The notes under the pieces were generated by a model. The model saw nothing but the letters and a program-made list of their open reading frames with translations. It did not search any database and was not told the origin of the DNA. Made by a program: the position numbers and the translations under genes. Positions 12,791 through 24,489 of a stretch of 64,000 nt of DNA are shown in pieces; position 1 is the first letter of the stretch; each line of letters opens with the position of its first letter. Source of the DNA: Eledone cirrhosa (lineage: Eukaryota); NCBI GenBank assembly GCA_964016885.1, contig OZ024740.1:51460001-51524000 (forward strand). The letters are read 5' to 3'.

Positions 12791-13060
12791 TTGGCAGGAT
12801 TAAGAATTTAAAGAAAGTTTTCAATCCGGACTTGTTATTTTTAAGGAATATTTAACTCCGTTCCTGCATCAACTACAGGATACAGATCCACGGTGGATTA
12901 TTTGCATAAGGTTAAGTGCTTTAATTCATTGTATCATCGTTTACTAACCGGAATTACCATTTCTACCTATTGGTAAACAACATAACATTAATTGTATATA
13001 TATATATATATATATATATACGATATTAATAAATGGAAACTATATTTATAAAACCATATT

Positions 13061-13125
13061 TATTTCATTATACATATTTCAGGGATACCACATTAAATTA
13101 TGGTATGCCTTCATCAGACAAAATA
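13061..13125 (-). ncRNA. Type I hammerhead ribozyme at the PLE 3' end (left arm)
   Basis: Reverse complement of 17098-17162. Confidence 0.8.
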
Positions 13126-13714
13126 CAATATATAACATTTTTACAAATAGCTTTGACGTACCCTTTTAAAATACAACCATTATTTTTGGATGCTGTTTGG
13201 ATAGTGATTTGTTTATATTATTTTAATAAGTCATAGTGTTAAGCACAATTAGAAAAAGACGGAGAGAGAGAAAAGAACAAAGACGGAGAGAGAGAAAGAA
13301 AACCTGGAGAAATATCGGAGAGAGAGAGAAATGTATGGAGAAAAGAAAGAGATAAATAAAGATAGGAGGAAATAAAAAATAAAAAAGAAAAAAGAAAGAA
13401 AAGGAAGAAATAAGAAAAACAAAGGAAAGCAACAGAGAGATATCAAGTCATCATACAGATAGAAAAACTCAAGAGAGAGAAATACTTTACGTCATGTCAT
13501 ATTAAGTTGAGTTAACAATTTATATGAAATGAATAATAAAAATATAAGTATCAATATTCATGAATGGGACATAGATATATAATATGAGAAATTGAACATT
13601 GTTCAATAATGATTATATGTTTAGTTTAAAAACTTGAGATCAATATACCAAAATCTGAGTTCAAAATGTACCCTTGCTATAGAGATCAGTATTTTATGCA
13701 AAGACATACAAATA

Positions 13715-13746
<32 letters not shown>

Positions 13747-14697
13747 GATAGATACGCACGTCCCGAAAATAGAAATTATGTTTACTCAAGCCAACAATAT
13801 AGCCATACAAAACGTAAATGATTTCTCTTAATCACTGCTATACATTCCTTGTGTTATAAAAATTTCACAGTATATATATATAAATATATACGATTAACAT
13901 TCATGTCCTCATATATACGATTACCATTCATGTGTTTAATATTATGCATATCTGCAACATACCTCTCAACCACATAGATATATACACATACATATATACA
14001 CATACATATGTATAAATAAATATTTGCGTGCGTCCTCACGCATCACTCATGTATATATACAGACATATATATAAACACAAAAAAAAACTATAACACTTTT
14101 TATGCATGTTAATACACACATATGCATTTGTATAGAGATAATCAAATATCAATATATTACTAAAGGATTATAACTTGTAAACATAACCATAACAATATAA
14201 ATTTAAAATACCAAAGGAATACATTTTGGAAATGCAACTATATCAGTATAGTCAAAAGAAATCTAGAAATATCAAAGCATTAAATATCTTTAAAACACTA
14301 TAGAGTATCTTAAGTTAAAATAATATGTTTTATATATTTAGTATAGAAATTTATCCTACGTATATCTCAATCAAGATATTGAAAGGGTAGACTTATGAAA
14401 GTTATGAGAAGCTATCATAATCAAAACAAATAAATAAAAATAATTTAAAAGATTTAAAAAAACCCAATGATTCTACAGATAACCTTATATTTAGTATAGA
14501 AATTTACCTTACGTATATTTTATTTAATACATTGGAAGTATAGACATTTTAGAGTAGTTTATTATATCCATGTTTATATTTAGGAAGAAAGTTTAAAAAG
14601 AAAAAGGTGAAGGAATCTAATGATTTATCGACAGGTTCCATATATTAACTAAAATTACTTAATTAATTATACTACATTTTAAATTTATATTTATATT

Positions 14698-15720
14698 TAA
14701 ACGTTGAGTTCAATCTATGTCTGCAGCAACTGAATAAATTGTTCCTTAGATTAAGGGAATTTTTGGACTTTAATATAAAGAATATTTCTTCAATACAAAG
14801 ATCACAATTTTCTGAAGAGGAATTAAAAGGAGTAGCTTATGAAATAATATTCCAATTCATCGAATATTTAATATTATCTCGCTTTAGGTCCCATAGTAGG
14901 CTAGATAGCGAAGTTAAAGATTTTTTGTTTGGATCTGTGAAAGAATTCTTATGATTATTGAAGCGAAATTTAAATTCTGTAGAGGTGGAACCAACATAGT
15001 TAAATGAATTTAAATTAGTTTTAACATTACAATTGTAAACTATATTTTTAGCTAAGCAGTTGTTATTTAACGGACAGTTAGATTTATTTCTACAGTTATA
15101 GTTATTTAATTGAATATTGTTTGGGTTATTATTGGTATTTTGGTTAGGTTTTAAATTCCTATTATTAATTCTATTAATATTTTGTGCTAAATTTTTGGTG
15201 GACGAGTAAGTTAATTTTATAGTGTGTCTATTAAAAATTGAGTAATATTTATGTGTTCTAGGGAAGCGTGTGTCAAGACCTTTAAAGAATAGTTTAGCAA
15301 TAGGGGTTTTAATATTTAGTGAGAAAGGGGGAGCAAACCATAATATATTTCTAGTTCTATTTCTTTTTCGGCTTTTGGAATTATTGTAATGTTTTCTATT
15401 ATAGTTGTTAAAGTTGTTACCGTAATTGAAATTGTTATTATTTTGGTTAGTTTGCTTATTATTATTATCGATGTATTTAATTTTATTTCTATATCCAGCT
15501 CTACCTAACGCTTCGTTGTAATACTGCGCTTTTTCATCAAATATATTTTTGTTAGATGAAATTCTTGAAATTCGTTCTTGAACAGAGTTCACTATAGTAT
15601 TTTTAACAGATCTGGGGTGATTAGAGTTAAAGTTGACATAATTCAAGTTCTCATTTAGTTTGTGAAATGGATAATGAAGACATGTGTTGAGATTTAGTGT
15701 TACATCAAGAAAATTGACTA
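14698..15720 (-). pseudogene. PLE polyprotein C-terminus (RT thumb + GIY-YIG endonuclease), 5'-truncated, one in-frame TAA
   Basis: VNFLDVTLNL, SNHP, ILWFAPPFS, IFNRHTIKLTYS, CRNKSNCPLNNNCL, IVY...YVGSTSTEFKFRFNNH; after the TAA at 14837, CDLCIEE...LNLRNNLFSCCRH. Confidence 0.9.
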
Positions 15721-16423
15721 TTTTAAAATTATTTTTATTTATTTGTTTTGATTATGATAGCTTCTCATAACTTTCATAAGTCTACCCTTTCAATATCTTG
15801 ATTGAGATATACGTAGGATAAATTTCTATACTAAATATATAAAACATATTATTTTAACTTAAGATACTCTATAGTGTTTTAAAGATATTTAATGCTTTGA
15901 TATTTCTAGATTTCTTTTGACTATACTGATATAGTTGCATTTCCAAAATGTATTCCTTTGGTATTTTAAATTTATATTGTTATGGTTATATTTACAAGTT
16001 ATAATCCTTTAGTAATATATTGATATTTGATTATCTCTATACAAATGCATATGTGTGTATTAACATGCATAAAAAGTGTTATAGTTTTTTTTTGTGTTTA
16101 TATATATGTCTGTATATATACATGAGTGATGCGTGAGGACGCACGCAAATATTTATTTATACATATGTATGTGTATATATGTATGTGTATATATCTATGT
16201 GGTTGAGAGGTATGTTGCAGATATGCATAATATTAAACACATGAATGGTAATCGTATATATGAGGACATGAATGTTAATCGTATATATTTATATATATAT
16301 ACTGTGAAATTTTTATAACACAAGGAATGTATAGCAGTGATTAAGAGAAATCATTTACGTTTTGTATGGCTATATTGTTGGCTTGAGTAAACATAATTTC
16401 TATTTTCGGGACGTGCGTATCTA

Positions 16424-16471
<48 letters not shown>

Positions 16472-17097
16472 TATTTGTATGTCTTTGCATAAAATACTGA
16501 TCTCTATAGCAAGGGTACATTTTGAACTCAGATTTTGGTATATTGATCTCAAGTTTTTAAACTAAACATATAGTCATTATTGAACAATGTTCAATTTCTC
16601 ATATTATATATCTATGTCCCATTCATGAATATTGATACTTATATTTTTATTATTCATTTCATATAAATTGTTAACTCAACTTAATATGACATGACGTAAA
16701 GTATTTGTTAACTCAACTTAATATGACATGACGTAAAGTATTTCTCTCTCTTGAGTTTTTCTATCTGTATGATGACTTGATATCTCTCTGTTGCTTTCCT
16801 TTGTTTTTCTTATTTCTTCCTTTTCTTTCTTTTTTCTTTTTTCTTTTTTATTTCCTCCTATCTTTATTTATCTCTTTCTTTTCTCCATACATTTCTCTCT
16901 CTCTCCGATATTTCTCCAGGTTTTCTTTCTCTCTCTCCGTCTTTGTTCTTTTCTCTCTCTCCGTCTTTTTCTAATTGTGCTTAACACTATGACTTATTAA
17001 AATAATATAAACAAATCACTATCCAAACAGCATCCAAAAATAATGGTTGTATTTTAAAAGGGTACGTCAAAGCTATTTGTAAAACTGTTATATATTG

Positions 17098-17162
17098 TAT
17101 TTTGTCTGATGAAGGCATACCATAATTTAATGTGGTATCCCTGAAATATGTATAATGAAATA
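17098..17162 (+). ncRNA. Type I hammerhead ribozyme at the PLE 3' end (right arm)
   Basis: tattttgt-CTGATGA-aggcatacca/tggtatccct-GAAA-tatgta-TA-atgaaata; all three stems pair. Confidence 0.8.
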
Positions 17163-17290
17163 AATATGGTTTTATAAATATAGTTTCCATTTATTAATAT
17201 CGTATATCTACTCCCAAAACTTGTCGAGTGCTTTATATCAGTTAAAAAAATATTTACTTGTTGTATCCCAACAACTTTAAATAGAACTTT

Positions 17291-17330
<40 letters not shown>

Positions 17331-17338
<8 letters not shown>

Positions 17339-17730
17339 TAAACGGAATAGAAAATGCTGACAAATTGTTCACAGTTGAAAAAGGGTTTAATTAGGAATAA
17401 AAGAGTATTAGTGATTGTATGGGTTAGTATTCAGTTGTGGTTTTAAGTTTTTAAGTTTTTACCGGTTGCGCATTTCTAAATGCTTTTCAAAAATAATTTT
17501 GAGATAGAGTGTCCGTGCTGTTTGCTCTGATCAGAGCAAACAGCACGGACACTCTATCTCAAAATTATTTTTGAAAAGCATTTAGAAATGCGCAACCGGT
17601 AAAAACTTAAAAACTTAAAACCACAACTGAATACTAACCCATACAATCACTAATACTCTTTTATTCCTAATTAAACCATTTTTCAACTGTGAACAATTTG
17701 TCAGCATTTTCTATTCCGTTTACCAATATA
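17331..17730. repeat. Spacer-less ~400-bp palindrome centred on TGATCA (17528-17533)
   Basis: ...gctgtttgctctga|tcagagcaaacagc...; one mismatch noticed (aaaaagggttt vs aaaaatggttt); TA runs on both sides. Confidence 0.95.
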
Positions 17731-17988
17731 TAATAACTTGTGTGTTACACCTCTATTCTTTTAACTATATATATATATATATTTCGTTTCTGAATTTGTT
17801 TAGCAAGATTCTTTATCTGAAATCGTGTGTTGAAACCGATATTGTTATACTTTGGGAGGGTCATGTTGCCAATAAGAAACACACGCACCAGTCGCTTTCA
17901 CTTCAATTTATTATATATTTATAAATCTACAAACTTATAAATTTCTGGTTGGTTGGTTGGTTCCACAACCAGATAGTTGTTTATATAT

Positions 17989-18033
17989 AGTCATAGTCCT
18001 TTCGTCACACACTCTGTGACCTCTTCAGTGACT
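17989..18033 (-). ncRNA. Minimal type I hammerhead ribozyme (PLE family 2, left arm)
   Basis: Reverse complement of 22544-22588. Confidence 0.8.
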
Positions 18034-18237
18034 GGGGATTCCTTTCTTTGTTTCTGTGCCTTTCCTTTCTTCTGTCCTACGCCATTTTGTTTCTGTGTGT
18101 GTGTTGTGTGCTCAGTTTGCGCATGCGCCACATCCGGGTGTCTGTGTGTGTTTGTGTTCATTTATCTATTTGTTTATTTATTTACATGTTATTGGTTGGT
18201 TATTTGTTCTATGTGTGTGTGTGTTTTCATTTTGTCC

Positions 18238-20890
18238 TTAATTGTAAGTTGTGATGTTGCTGTTCCACTCATATTTTCTATTTAATTTTGGTTGTAATTC
18301 TTTTATGTTTATTGCCTCTGTAATTTGTCTAAACATTGCATCTTTTCTGTGTGTAGATTCTATTTTTATTTCTATGTTCTCTAATTTACCCTTGTGTTCT
18401 ATCTTAGCATGTTGGTAGAGTACAGATGATTCTTTATTATCTTGAAGGTCTCGCCAGTGTTCATTTATCCGTTCCCCTATACTACGAGCTGTCTCACCTA
18501 TGTACACTATATTTTTGTTTCTACATTGTCCTTCAGTACATCTTATGCTATACACTACATTTCTAGTTTTACAGTTAATATGGGGGCTTATTTTACAGGT
18601 TATACATTTCTTATCTATACATGAGGGTCTTTGGAACGGGTATGTCTTGCTGATAAGTGTTTTTACGGAGGTACCTGGTCTTTCTACTATCTTAATATTG
18701 AGTTTATGTTTATTTAGGGCCCTTCTAAATTTGTAGGCTAGTTCGCCTCTAGGGGTTGTATCGATGAACATTACACTCTGGTATTTATTGCTATCATACC
18801 ATGAGTTTATTCTATTAGCCTTGTTCCTAGTTCTTTCTATTCTATTCCAAAATTTGCTCCTATACAAGGGGCAGGTCCCATTTATGTCATTATTTACCAT
18901 TTTTTCCCATTTGGTTCTGGCTCCTCTATATACTCTGATTCTATCTCTCTGATTGTAGCCAGAGAACTGCATACGGTGGATGAAGTGTTGTATGTGTCTC
19001 TCTAGTTCTTCGGGGTTGCACATGCGGGACACATTTCTCATCACCCGTACCAAATCCGCAATCAGTATGTTGATTTTGGTATGGTCCGAAATGGCCGAGT
19101 TTCGGTGGATCAGATGTTTGGAAGTCATGGGTTTGGCATAATGGGAATGGAGGATTTGTTTTTTGTTGTTAACGGTATCTAACCAGAGCTCTGTGTCTAG
19201 TACAGGTAATCGATGGTTGGGGTGTTTACTTGGGTAGTCTATAGTAACTCTAATGCTCTGGTGGATGGAGTTTGCTATTTGCTGGATGCTTTCCATTGTG
19301 TTTTTCTCTAGTTCCTGACTGTTCTCTAGTGGGGGTGTCTTAACTACGATGTTTATATCATCTACGTAGCGGGAGTACATTATCAGGGTTAAGCTGTCTT
19401 CTAATTGTTCTTTAAGTTTAAGTTTAAGTCTACTGTCCCACCATACCATGAATAAGTTAGCTATGTCGCCTGCAATGCTAACACCAATGGCTGCTCCTTC
19501 CTCTTTGGCTTATGTTTTTCCATTAAATTTGAACATATGTTCCTTAAGGGTTAATTTTATGCTGGCCCCTACCGCATGTGCAATCATTTTCTTCAGTTCA
19601 TCGTGGTTTTCGGGTGTCCGTATGGCTCTGGTCCACCCGTTCCATCTATCTGTGTGGGTTTTCTTGGCCATTGAGGTAATGGTAGGTGGTCTGCCTCTTG
19701 CTGGTCTTGTAGGGCACAGGTTGCTAAGGTCATATGTGTCTAGGTAACTATTACTATGGGTAAGCTTAAGTAGAAGTCCCAGCTCACTGGTATCAATCCC
19801 ACGGAACTCAACCTTGCTCTCGCTGATCATTTCTACGCATTTCTCCACAGCAAAATCCACGTCAATAGATGGATACAGGGACACAACATCCATACTGCCT
19901 ATTATGCAGTTTGTTAGGTCCCCAGATCGGTTACTCACGCCGATTCTGCTGAGGAGGTCCTCCGTGCTGTCACATACATCTGGGGACATCTCAATGATGG
20001 GGCGTATGATCAGGGAGAGGAAGTAGGACAGTCTGTAGTTACTAGCAATGTTAGCTCCACAGACTGGCCGTGTTGGTGGTCCCGCGACAGGGTCACAGCC
20101 CGTTTTATGGTCTTTTCGAAGCCCATACAACGCCGGCACGTCATTGTTCCAGGCCTGGAAGTTGTTGGCAGTCCTTTTGTTGGGCTGCATTATATTCGTC
20201 CACATCACCATATGGGCATTGAGGGCTTTTTCTCTATCCTCATGCTCCTGTGGTGTTACCTCTCTTGTGTTAGTGATGTGGGGTTGCATTGCCTGGATGT
20301 AGTTTGGCAGGCTGTCAACCGACATTCTGCCAGACTTGTCTGTTGGAAAGCATGCTATCTCTCCATTACGTGAGCGCTGCATGAGCTTACGCAAGCCATT
20401 TGCAGATTTTTCTCCCAGTTGCTGGGCCTCTATTCTATTATGCTTCTTGCTATACTGTTCTATAATATCTCTAAGTTCGGATCTAGCTATACTAAATTGT
20501 GCTTCTGTTTGTTCATCGACCTGCGACGGCAACTGCGTGCGTTTGTTAAATGGTAAAGTCGTGCCGTGGACTCGTCGCAGGTCGAATGATTTATCGGAGG
20601 GATTATAAAACGGAGAGTTCCAGGCTGCTGCTTTATGTGTACTAGTGCTATTGTTATTGTTAGTTGTGTTGTTTCTATTTCTATTTCCACCAACAGCCTC
20701 ATGGTTGTTTCTATGTCTCTCATAATTACTCCTGTCTCTTTCCACTGGCTCAATGTTGTTATCTACCCTATTTTGTGTGTCTGTGTGTTCGTCTTGGTTA
20801 TTCTCTTTGTCCTTAGTCTCCCTTCTCCTTTTAATCCTATTACTTTCCCTTATTTTTGTGATTTCTGTGCTACTGTCATTACTTGTTTTC
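18238..20890 (-). pseudogene. PLE reverse transcriptase + GIY-YIG endonuclease, one in-frame TAA at 19510
   Basis: PTDKSGR, LYGLRKDHK, RPVCGA, GSMDVVSLYPSID, GAAIG, RYVDDI, LPVLD, Cys-rich linker, VVY...VYIGETARSIGERINEH, ITEAINI...PKLN. Confidence 0.92.
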
Positions 20891-20917
20891 TGTCATTACT
20901 TGTTTTCATTACTTGTT

Positions 20918-22339
20918 ACCCACACAGATAGATGGAACGGGTGGACCAGAGCCATACGGACACCCGAAAACCACGATGAACTGAAGAAAATGATTGCACA
21001 TGCGGTAGGGGCCAGCATAAAATTAACCCTTAAGGAACATATGTTCAAATTTAATGGAAAAACATAAGCCAAAGAGGAAGGAGCAGCCATTGGTGTTAGC
21101 ATTGCAGGCGACATAGCTAACTTATTCATGGTATGGTGGGACAGTAGACTTAAACTTAAACTTAAAGAACAATTAGAAGACAGCTTAACCCTGATAATGT
21201 ACTCCCGCTACGTAGATGATATAAACATCGTAGTTAAGACACCCCCACTAGAGAACAGTCAGGAACTAGAGAAAAACACAATGGAAAGCATCCAGCAAAT
21301 AGCAAACTCCATCCACCAGAGCATTAGAGTTACTATAGACTACCCAAGTAGACACCCCAACCATCGATTACCTGTACTAGACACAGAGCTCTGGTTAGAT
21401 ACCATTAACAACCAAAAACAAATCCTCCATTCCCATTATGCCAAACCCATGACTTCCAAACATCTGATCCACCGAAACTCGGCCATTTCGGACCATACCA
21501 AAATCAACATACTGATTGCGGATTTGGTACGGGTGATGAGAAATGTGTCCCGCATGTGCAACCCCGAAGAACTAGAGAGACACATACAACACTTCATCCA
21601 CCGTATGCAGTTCTCTGGCTACTATCAGAGAGATAGAATCAGAGTGTATAGAGGAGCCAGAACCAAATGGGAAAAAATGGTAAATAATGACATAAATGGG
21701 ACCTGCCCCTTGTATAGGAGCAAATTTTGGAATAGAATAGAAAGAACTAGGAACAAGGCCAATAGAATAAACTCATGGTATGATAGCAATAAATACCAGA
21801 GTGTAATGTTCATCGATACAACCCCTAGAGGCGAACTAGCCTACACATTTAGAAGGGCCCTAAATAAACATAAACTCAATATTAAGATAGTAGAAAGACC
21901 AGGTACCTCCGCAAAAACACTTATTAGCAAGACATACCCGTTCCAAAGACCCTCATGTATAGATAAGAAATGTATAACCTGTAAAATAAACCCCCATATT
22001 AACTGTAAAACTAGAAATGTAGTGTATAGCATAAGATGTACTGAAGGACAATGTAGAAACAAAAATATAGTGTACATAGGTGAGACAGCTCGTAGTATAG
22101 GGGAACGGATAAATGAACACTGGCGAGACCTTCAAGATAATAAAGAATCATCTGTACTCTACCAACATGCTAAGATAGAACACAAGGGTAAATTAGAGAA
22201 CATAGAAATAAAAATAGAATCTACACACAGAAAAGATGCAATGTTTAGACAAATTACAGAGGCAATAAACATAAAAGAATTACAACCAAAATTAAATAGA
22301 AAATATGAGTGGAACAGCAACATCACAACTTACAATTAA
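20918..22339 (+). pseudogene. Inverted 5'-truncated copy of the PLE RT/GIY-YIG frame, same TAA (21065-21067)
   Basis: ORF 21128-22339 differs from 18238-19449 at about 7 residues. Confidence 0.92.
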
Positions 22340-22381
22340 GGACAAAATGAAAACACACACACACATAGAACAAACAACCAA

Positions 22382-22497
22382 CCAATAACATGTAAATAAA
22401 TAAACAAATAGATAAATGAACACAAACACACACAGACACCCGGATGTGGCGCATGCGCAAACTGAGCACACAACACACACACAGAAACAAAATGGCG
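22382..22497 (+). promoter_or_regulatory. Putative PLE pLTR promoter: CCAAT, ETS-like CCGGATGT, NRF1-like GCGCATGCGC, YY1-like AAAATGGCG
   Basis: Motifs at 22382, 22440, 22449 and 22489, between the stop codon and the ribozyme; function is inferred. Confidence 0.5.
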
Positions 22498-22543
22498 TAG
22501 GACAGAAGAAAGGAAAGGCACAGAAACAAAGAAAGGAATCCCC

Positions 22544-22588
22544 AGTCACTGAAGAGGTCACAGAGTGTGTGACGAAAGGACTATGACT
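22544..22588 (+). ncRNA. Minimal type I hammerhead ribozyme (PLE family 2, right arm)
   Basis: agtca-CTGAAGA-ggtcaca gagtg tgtgac-GAAA-ggac-TA-tgact. Confidence 0.8.
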
Positions 22589-22817
22589 ATATATAAACAA
22601 CTATCTGGTTGTGGAACCAACCAACCAACCAGAAATTTATAAGTTTGTAAATTTATAAATTTATAAATATATAATAAATTGAAGTGAAAGCAACTGGTGC
22701 GTGTGTTTCTTATTGGCAACATGACCCTCCCAAAGTATAACAATATATATATATATATATATAACAGAGCGTTGTAGTTTGCTTGAAGCATTGTTGAATA
22801 GGAAATATAAATTTAAG

Positions 22818-22970
22818 TAATTTTAAAAGCCATACAATGCATTAGAAAATTAAAGTTACCAAGATAACAATGGAATTTTACCTTAGCGATTATTAAATTT
22901 GCTAAGGTAAAATTCTATTGTTATCTTGGCAACTTTAATTTTCTAATGCATTGTATGGCTTTTAAAATTA
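22818..22970. repeat. ~150-bp fold-back hairpin adjacent to (TA)n
   Basis: taattttaaaagccatacaatgc...ccttagc / gctaagg...gcattgtatggcttttaaaatta. Confidence 0.9.
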
Positions 22971-23064
22971 TATATATATAGGTTTAGCCACCATCTCCCC
23001 TACTAATTTGCAACCACAGAATTACTACTGATTTTTGACAATCACTTTGACCATATATGGAATT

Positions 23065-23158
23065 ACCCCTTGAGAAGATCGGCTATTTAAATAGCAGGAT
23101 AAATTTTCATTTAGTCCAGAATTAGCCGTCGAAACGGCTTGAGCTCAGCTGTCGGGGT
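23065..23158 (+). ncRNA. Type I hammerhead ribozyme with U3:A8 variant core (UUGAGAA)
   Basis: acccc-TTGAGAA-gatcggcta...tagccgtc-GAAA-cggct tgagctc agctg-TC-ggggt; three complementary stems and a GUC cleavage triplet. Confidence 0.75.
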
Positions 23159-23249
23159 CTTACTGGTTCCTATTACCCACTCTACTACTTCAAGTATTGA
23201 GTACTTTGGTGCGTTATGGTCCACCTGGTTCCTTACCACATTTCCTTTG

Positions 23250-23250
<1 letters not shown>

Positions 23251-23332
<82 letters not shown>
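23251..23332. repeat. (TA)n microsatellite
   Basis: Directly visible. Confidence 0.95.
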
Positions 23333-23334
<2 letters not shown>

Positions 23335-23586
23335 CCATTTCTATATTAATTTTTTATACTCTGCTATGTATTGAGTACCTTACCTACTGTGGTTACTCCT
23401 GATTGAACTCGGGATAAACGTATATATATATATATACACACACATGTGTGTGTGAGTGTGTGTCTACATCATTCTTGTATATATGGCAAACTAAACTAAT
23501 CACGGATTCTAAAAATTAAATTATTGACGGCATGGGTTCACTATTAGATAAAGAATAAAGAACATGATGTTCGTAGAGCGTGATGT

Positions 23587-23589
<3 letters not shown>

Positions 23590-23665
<76 letters not shown>

Positions 23666-23667
23666 GT
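23590..23667. repeat. (GA)n microsatellite followed by a G run
   Basis: Directly visible. Confidence 0.95.
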
Positions 23668-24489
23668 GGATGGGCTACTGGAAATATAAAAGGGAAAGTA
23701 AAATATATCGTAATTCTGAAAAGAGAAAGAGTGTAAAATCAAATCAAAGCGAGTAAGGGAGATAAGTAACTGATAATATACTATGGAGGAGAGTAGATAT
23801 ATAGATGGAGACTGAGAGAAAACTATAGAGAAATATCTGGGAAAGCCGTAGATGGAGTGTGACGAAAATGATAATTAGAAGATTTAAGAGATGAAGTAGA
23901 GGGCAAAAATGATAGAGAAGAAACGAATCCCTATCGCAGTGAACAGGATGTATAGAAAAATAGACAGAGAAAAGATGAATACGAAAGACAGAGGAGTGTG
24001 AATAAAAGAGAAAAAGAGGGAGGCGGGGGATGGAATTAATACAGATAAACAGCCACTGAGTGTAGATATGCTAAGTGATAATATAAAAATATGTGTACTG
24101 AAGAAGCTTTCTCATGTCGAAAACTGAAAAAAATATATAATGAACACGTCAAAACAAGCCATATAAGTGTTTGAAATAAATGAATCACTGAGTCTTAAGA
24201 ATTTATTAGATCAAAATTAAAAGCCACGAAGTAACAACTCTGGATATCCATCTGCCGTTATTGCACAGGGATTGTAAGTTAGTTTGACTATATTTGTGTA
24301 TTTTCTGAATGTGTATTTCATTTTAATTTATATATTTCTTTGTTTAATTCCCCATTCCTGTCTTTCTGCGAAAATGTATCTCAATCTTTCCTATATAACA
24401 ATTAATCAGCAATGTAAATAATTCATTGTATCAGTCTCCGTTGATTTTGTTGTTGTTGTTGTTGGGGGGGAAATCAGAAATGGTCATTC

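Larger units (their letters stand above)
13003..17205. mobile_element. Penelope-like element (Naiad-like motifs) as head-to-head fold-back: minus-strand copy 13003-15720, inverted 3' copy 15721-17205
   Basis: 13018-14450 is the near-exact reverse complement of 15721-17205. The spacer holds the RT thumb/GIY-YIG coding region. A (TA)n tract abuts the left end and another lies ~90 bp beyond the right end. Confidence 0.92.
17775..22746. mobile_element. Second Penelope-like family as head-to-head fold-back: minus copy 17775-20917, plus copy 20918-22746
   Basis: ~17840-19659 is the reverse complement of 20918-22746 with scattered SNPs; both outer ends abut (TA)n. Confidence 0.95.

Noticed and set aside
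14837-14839. Selenocysteine recoding in the Naiad-like ORF
   Set aside because: The in-frame stop is TAA, not TGA, and no SECIS could be recognised by eye.
13033-17190. Duplicated short ORFs (METIFIK..., MISLCCF..., MRTHANI...) as a gene family
   Set aside because: They are chance frames in the non-coding arms of the inverted repeat, with low-complexity composition.
24092-24147. CTGAAGA-stem-GAAA hammerhead-like motif
   Set aside because: Stem II pairs but stems I and III are poor; at most a decayed copy, so not listed as a feature.
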